Shown here one piece after another: positions 59,274-64,000 of a stretch of DNA of 64,000 bases (position 1 is its first letter; each line of letters begins with the position of its first letter). The DNA is from Candidatus Bathyarchaeota archaeon (GTDB taxonomy: Archaea; Thermoproteota; Bathyarchaeia; Bathyarchaeales; Bathycorpusculaceae), in NCBI GenBank assembly GCA_963782525.1, contig CAWAKC010000001.1, positions 224,001-288,000 of the forward strand. Direction: 5' to 3'. Both the position numbers and the translations under genes were made by a program. The notes under the pieces were generated by a model, which searched no databases, was not told the origin of the DNA, and worked only from the letters and a program-made list of their open reading frames with translations.

Positions 59274-59547
59274 AACCGTAACACTTCTTTGCCGTTCATA
59301 TTGTTAGGGTTCCTTATATCTGCTATGCTCAAGAAAAATGTTTTAGGCAGTTAATCAGTTTGTTTTTGACTGAAAAAACCCAAAACTTCTTACTTATTGA
59401 GAGATTTCAACAATTGGGCTATTTAATCCTCAATGTGTTTGGAAAAAGCCGAGGTGAGTTTTATATTTAAAGGCAGGTAAAAGTTGGGTGGTGTTAGGAA
59501 GATTTATTTTTTGGACTATCAAGTGTTCTGGTTACAGGTAACATACT

Positions 59548-60786
59548 TTGGCGCACATTAAAGTCACAAAGCGTGCAAGCAACATTGAGTATGCTATACG
59601 CGACGTCATAGTTCATACTCAGGAGCTAATTAAGAGCGGCAAAAAAATCTATTACTTAAACATCGGTGACCCTGCTGCCTTCGACTTCAAAACGCCGCAG
59701 TATGTGAAGGATGCATTGTGCGCGGCAATCGACCATGACGACAACTACTATTCTGTTTCGGAAGGCAGACCTGAACTTCGTGAAGCTATTGTGCGTAAAG
59801 AAAAACGGGTCAATGATGTGGACATATCTTCTGACAAAGTGATAATCACTGAGGGTATTTCGGAGGGTATTCAGATGGTATTGGCGGCGCTGGTTGAGAG
59901 GGGAGACGAAATTCTCTTTCCAGGACCAACCTATCCACCCTACATTTCCTACACTAAATTCTTTGACGGTACCCCAGTTTCCTACGAAACCATCGAAGAG
60001 GAAGGCTGGGTTCCAAACATCGATGATTTACGTAGCAAAATCTCTTCGAAAACCCGAGCTATCGTGATAACAAACCCCAATAACCCCACAGGCAGCGTTT
60101 ACAGCGAAAAATGCATTAAAGAGATGCTCGACATCGCCGGTGAACACAACTTACCAGTGCTAAGCGACGAGATTTATGACCAGTTAACCTACGAGAAACC
60201 ATTCGTCAGCACCGCACACTTATCCAAAGATGTGCCCGTGGTTGGGCTAAACGGGTTCTCCAAGGTCTATCAGATGACTGGTTGGCGACTGGGGTACATG
60301 TACTTTAAGGGTGAAGGCAAGCAACTTGATGCGCTCCGCTTGGGTGTAGAGAAGCAATGCCGCATCCGTCTCTGCGCTAACACACCCGTCCAAATTGCTG
60401 GTGCAGCCGCACTCAACGGTCCTCAAGACTTCGTCAAAGGCATCGTTGACAGGCTAAGAGAACGCCGCGATTACGCGTTCAAACGCTTAAACGAGATCGA
60501 AGGCATAACCACCACTAAACCCGAAGGCGCCTTCTACATATTCCCTAAAATCGAGGGCATCGGCCAACTATGGAAAAACGACATGGAATTCGTGGTGGAC
60601 CTGCTCAAACAAACTGGCGTTTTAATCGTGAATGGTTCAGGATTCGACCCCGTCTACGGCAAAGATCATGTCAGAATCGTTTTTCTGCCACCCTGCGAAG
60701 AACTCGAAGAAGCATTCAACAGCTTAGAACAGTTCATGAAGAAGAAACAAAAGAAGGAAAGCCGTGGCCACGTAGGCTATGGTTAA
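59548..60786 (+). CDS. class I/II PLP aminotransferase (alanine aminotransferase-like)
   Basis: IEYAIRD, LNIGDP, NPNNPTG, DEIYD, GFSKVYQMTGWRLG motifs. Confidence 0.88.
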   Translation: MAHIKVTKRASNIEYAIRDVIVHTQELIKSGKKIYYLNIGDPAAFDFKTPQYVKDALCAAIDHDDNYYSVSEGRPELREAIVRKEKRVNDVDISSDKVIITEGISEGIQMVLAALVERGDEILFPGPTYPPYISYTKFFDGTPVSYETIEEEGWVPNIDDLRSKISSKTRAIVITNPNNPTGSVYSEKCIKEMLDIAGEHNLPVLSDEIYDQLTYEKPFVSTAHLSKDVPVVGLNGFSKVYQMTGWRLGYMYFKGEGKQLDALRLGVEKQCRIRLCANTPVQIAGAAALNGPQDFVKGIVDRLRERRDYAFKRLNEIEGITTTKPEGAFYIFPKIEGIGQLWKNDMEFVVDLLKQTGVLIVNGSGFDPVYGKDHVRIVFLPPCEELEEAFNSLEQFMKKKQKKESRGHVGYG

Positions 60787-60789
60787 AAT

Positions 60790-61674
60790 CTAGATTTTTG
60801 TGCCGTTTTTTGGATTCTCGATTACTTTCTGGAACTCAGCCATCAACTTCTTAGTGAGTAGCCCAGGTTTGCCGTCGCCGATTGTTCGTTTGTTGACTTC
60901 GCGGATGGGCACCATTTCCATGGCAGTGCCTGTGAAGAAGGCTTCGTCAGCAGTGAAAAGCATGAATGGTGTCAAATTAGTAATGATAAGGTCTATTCCA
61001 AGTTTTCCACACAGTTCAGCAACAACGTCTGCGGTTATGCCTGCAAGAGCTCCTGTGGATGTCGGCGGTGTAAAAATTTCTCCGTTTTTGACAATGAAGA
61101 TGTTTTCGCCGACGCCTTCAGCTATGCAGCCGCTTGCTTCTAAACAGATGGCTTCGTCCACACCGTTTGCGTTGGCTTCAATTTTTGCGAGTACGCTGTT
61201 TAGGTAGTTGAGCGATTTTATCTCGTGTGTGGTTGCATCCACGGGGTTTCTGCGAACCCAGCTGAACATGGTGGTTATGCCGACTTCTTTGGCGTTGCCT
61301 GCTTTGATGTTGATTGTGTCTGTAATGATTATGATTGTGGGCTTGGGGCATTTGCGCGGATCCAGACCTAAGTCGCCGAGTCCTCTCGAGACGATTAAGC
61401 GGATGTAAGAGTCCTTCATCTTGTTTTTGCGCAGGGTTTCAGCAACAGCTTTCGTCATTTCTTCTTTAGTTAGCGGTATTTGGAGCATTATGGCGTGTGC
61501 ACTGCGGTAGAGGCGGTCAATGTGCTCCTTTAGCTTGAAGACAACCCCGTTGTATTCTCGGATGCCTTCAAAGACTCCGTCGCCATAGAGGAATCCGTGG
61601 TCGTAGACGGAGATTTTAGCCTGTGATTTAGGGTAGAATTCGCCGTCTATGTATACTTGAAGTTCATTGGTCAT
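60790..61674 (-). CDS. ilvE: branched-chain amino acid aminotransferase
   Basis: HGFLYGDGVFEG, KSLNYL, EGVGENIF, GIT, ADEAFFTGT motifs. Confidence 0.95.
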   Translation of the reverse strand: MTNELQVYIDGEFYPKSQAKISVYDHGFLYGDGVFEGIREYNGVVFKLKEHIDRLYRSAHAIMLQIPLTKEEMTKAVAETLRKNKMKDSYIRLIVSRGLGDLGLDPRKCPKPTIIIITDTINIKAGNAKEVGITTMFSWVRRNPVDATTHEIKSLNYLNSVLAKIEANANGVDEAICLEASGCIAEGVGENIFIVKNGEIFTPPTSTGALAGITADVVAELCGKLGIDLIITNLTPFMLFTADEAFFTGTAMEMVPIREVNKRTIGDGKPGLLTKKLMAEFQKVIENPKNGTKI

Positions 61675-61767
61675 TTGTTTTCCACTTCTTGGGTGACTGT
61701 TTCATATTGTCCAATTGTTTGATATAGTTTACGTCAGCGATACATGCGATTCATTTGTTGCGGTTTA

Positions 61768-63672
61768 TTAACCGTGGAATTGTGGGCGCTTCGAGAGGTA
61801 CATGGGTAAGGGCAGGGGCTTGTAGGGTTTTCCAGCGATTTTCTCAGACACCTTCGCAATCAACTGCTCAGTTGTCATGTTTTGCTGTTGACCTTTGAGT
61901 TCGCGTTCACGTACTGAGAGCATTCCTGATTCGATTTCTTTGTCGCCAACAACGATGATGTAGGGTACCCATTCCTGTTCAGCTTCACGGATTTTCTTCT
62001 GCAAAGTCGAGGCTGAATCGTCGATATCTACTCGGATGCAGTGAGCACTAATTTGTTTGGCAAGCTCGTCCATCTTGTCGAGGAATTTATCTGAAATTGG
62101 AATCAGCCGCACTTGGGTTGGTGAGAGCCAAATAGGAAGCATCGGAGCTTTGCCCGCCATCTGTTCACGGTAAGCCTTCTCCAACAACGCATAGATGTCT
62201 CGCTCGATGGCACCGCTGGGGCTGCAGTGCAGAATTAACGGATACTGCTTCTCCCCCTTCTCGTCCACGAAAGTTATTTCGTAGCGTTTGGCATTTTCGA
62301 CGTCGATTTGGTCGGTGCTAAGGGCTGCGGCTTTATCTTGGTTATCGATGAAGTTGAGGTCCCATTTCAAAACAAAATAGAAGAATCGTTCGTTCCAAAC
62401 TTCTGCCAAGATGGGTTTGCCAAAAGCCGTTGCCAATTCGGCTATGAAATCTTTGTGTTCTGCATAGAAATCTTTGGTAAAGCGCATCGCAATCTCGTAA
62501 TCGTCCTTTACTAAGCCTATGTTGCTTAAGACGTCGATGCAGAGGTTGAATCGGATCATGAATTCTTTTTTGGCTTGTTCAAGGTCGGTGCAGAGTGCAT
62601 GGCAGTCAGGCATTGTGAAAGCGCGTAGCCGTTTTAAGCCGACAACTTCGCCGCTTTTTTCTCGGCGGAAACTGTAGCGGGTGAGTTCGTAAAGTTTTAT
62701 GGGCATTTGTTTGTAGCTGAATTGTGCGTCGTGTGCCATAAGGAATTGGCCAAAGCATGCTGCGAACCGTAGGAAAAGCTCCTTGTCTTCGGATTTGAGG
62801 ACGTATTGGCGTGCTGGAAAACGGTTGAGGTAGCTTTTGAGGCTGGGGTGGTTGAAGTCGTACATGATTGGGGTTTCGACTTCCATACCGCCGTAAGCTG
62901 CAACCTTTGCTGAGACGTATTGTTCGAGAAGCGATTTTATCATGCGTCCCTTTGGGTACCAACGGATGTTGCCTGGGTCACTGCCTGGCTCGTAATCGGC
63001 GATTTCTAGACGCTTCATGAGTGGCACGTGTGGGGGCATCACTGTGACCGCACGGGTTTTTTTTATTTCGTAATTGGAGAATTTCTGAAGGTTAGTATGT
63101 CCCTTGAACTTGAATTCTTCAATAGGCACTAGTGAGCCGTCGGTTTGGAGAATGTGCCAGTAGGATTTCATCGTGTCTTCGGCTTTGAGGGCTGCGGAGA
63201 CAGGTTCTTCCTCTTTTTTGCCTTCGCAGGGAACTGCCACTTCAGTCGAAGCGGTAACTGGTGCTGGGGAGTAGCTGCGTGCTTGCTCAGCTAAAGGATG
63301 ACCTTTGATGGATATTGTGAATTGCTTGTTCCAGCCAAACGGGGCACGGTAGGTTTCGATACCCTTCTCTTTTGCGTAAACTTCCATGTCCTTGATAATT
63401 GCCAACGCTTGACTTGGCTGGGATAGATTGCTGCTGAGGTGCGCGAATGGATAGATAAGGATGCGGTTTACTTTGAGTTTACCCAAGAATGCCCGAACGT
63501 CGTTGATGGCTTTTTGTGCCATTGCAGAGGTGTCGCCTTCTTCTATTGCGGTGAATAAAACCACGACTTCTTCAACGCGGTTCTCAACTTTCTCCGCTTC
63601 TTCGGCTATGTTGATTTCTTTTTCGACAGGTTTGAAAACTATAAAGTTAGAGTGTAACTGCAAAATCCTCAT
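61768..63672 (-). CDS. thrS: threonine--tRNA ligase (archaeal type with N-terminal editing domain)
   Basis: MRILQLH, YPFAHLS, PFGW, RFAACFG, RLRAFTMPD, HCSPSGAIER motifs. Confidence 0.96.
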   Translation of the reverse strand: MRILQLHSNFIVFKPVEKEINIAEEAEKVENRVEEVVVLFTAIEEGDTSAMAQKAINDVRAFLGKLKVNRILIYPFAHLSSNLSQPSQALAIIKDMEVYAKEKGIETYRAPFGWNKQFTISIKGHPLAEQARSYSPAPVTASTEVAVPCEGKKEEEPVSAALKAEDTMKSYWHILQTDGSLVPIEEFKFKGHTNLQKFSNYEIKKTRAVTVMPPHVPLMKRLEIADYEPGSDPGNIRWYPKGRMIKSLLEQYVSAKVAAYGGMEVETPIMYDFNHPSLKSYLNRFPARQYVLKSEDKELFLRFAACFGQFLMAHDAQFSYKQMPIKLYELTRYSFRREKSGEVVGLKRLRAFTMPDCHALCTDLEQAKKEFMIRFNLCIDVLSNIGLVKDDYEIAMRFTKDFYAEHKDFIAELATAFGKPILAEVWNERFFYFVLKWDLNFIDNQDKAAALSTDQIDVENAKRYEITFVDEKGEKQYPLILHCSPSGAIERDIYALLEKAYREQMAGKAPMLPIWLSPTQVRLIPISDKFLDKMDELAKQISAHCIRVDIDDSASTLQKKIREAEQEWVPYIIVVGDKEIESGMLSVRERELKGQQQNMTTEQLIAKVSEKIAGKPYKPLPLPMYLSKRPQFHG

Positions 63673-63684
63673 ATTAATTTCCTC

Positions 63685-63885
63685 TTAGCCATAACGCCAC
63701 TTGTCGAGTGTCTTGTCTTTCTTGGTTTTCTTTTTGTATTCTTTGTAGTGCTCTTTACATAGGTAAGCACGTTTTTCGGCGCCGCTTACACTTAATCCGG
63801 CAGCTTTAACTTTGTCAGCTGACAACGAACGTTCGGCGACTTTGCCGCAGACACTGCATTTTTCGCCTTTTTCAATGCGACCCAA
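63685..63885 (-). CDS. small basic zinc-binding protein upstream of thrS
   Basis: CSVC and LCKEHYKEYKK motifs; 12 nt before the thrS start. Confidence 0.78.
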   Translation of the reverse strand: MGRIEKGEKCSVCGKVAERSLSADKVKAAGLSVSGAEKRAYLCKEHYKEYKKKTKKDKTLDKWRYG

Positions 63886-64000
63886 ACCAATACACGCTCA
63901 CATGAATAGTTTACTTTCTACATATACGAACTAATTGCTTAAGTTTCTTTTCATTCCAAATTTTTCTTCCTTAAGAATTCTCGGTTTATTAGTGGCTTTC

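Noticed and set aside
61664-61705. uORF MKQSPKKWKTNDQ* overlapping the ilvE start
   Set aside because: No Ile/Leu/Val codons, and its ATG probably lies upstream of the start site implied by the TATA-like box.

Overview
Gene-dense archaeal core-genome window. Archaeal-type ThrRS, ProRS and shikimate kinase, ADH synthase plus DHQ synthase II, KEOPS, a TFE-beta-like protein, an Arcadin-1-like protein and many TTG/GTG starts point to a TACK archaeon, probably Bathyarchaeia (inference). Bases 1-22.5 kb form an amino-acid biosynthesis block: ilvD, ilvBN, leuCDBA-pheA, and a convergent aspartokinase-shikimate-chorismate-tyrA operon. The rest holds an aldehyde:ferredoxin oxidoreductase, proS, a PadR/ABC exporter, glmS with a divergent regulator, and many information-processing genes. 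I saw no tRNA, rRNA, CRISPR array or mobile element. The main finding is absent from the ORF track: a 28-codon leader peptide, MLNAKNKINITASLFPSFDYYFYYYHFP (22591-22677, minus strand). It has 9 Tyr/Phe codons in its last 14, lies between a BRE/TATA-like promoter and a perfect 11-bp hairpin, and heads the aromatic operon. This is the architecture of ribosome-mediated attenuation, here in an archaeon. An Ile/Val-rich leader frame precedes ilvB but needs a 1-nt correction. Several unannotated Cys-rich microproteins and four apparent 1-nt insertions (two in kae1) are also present.
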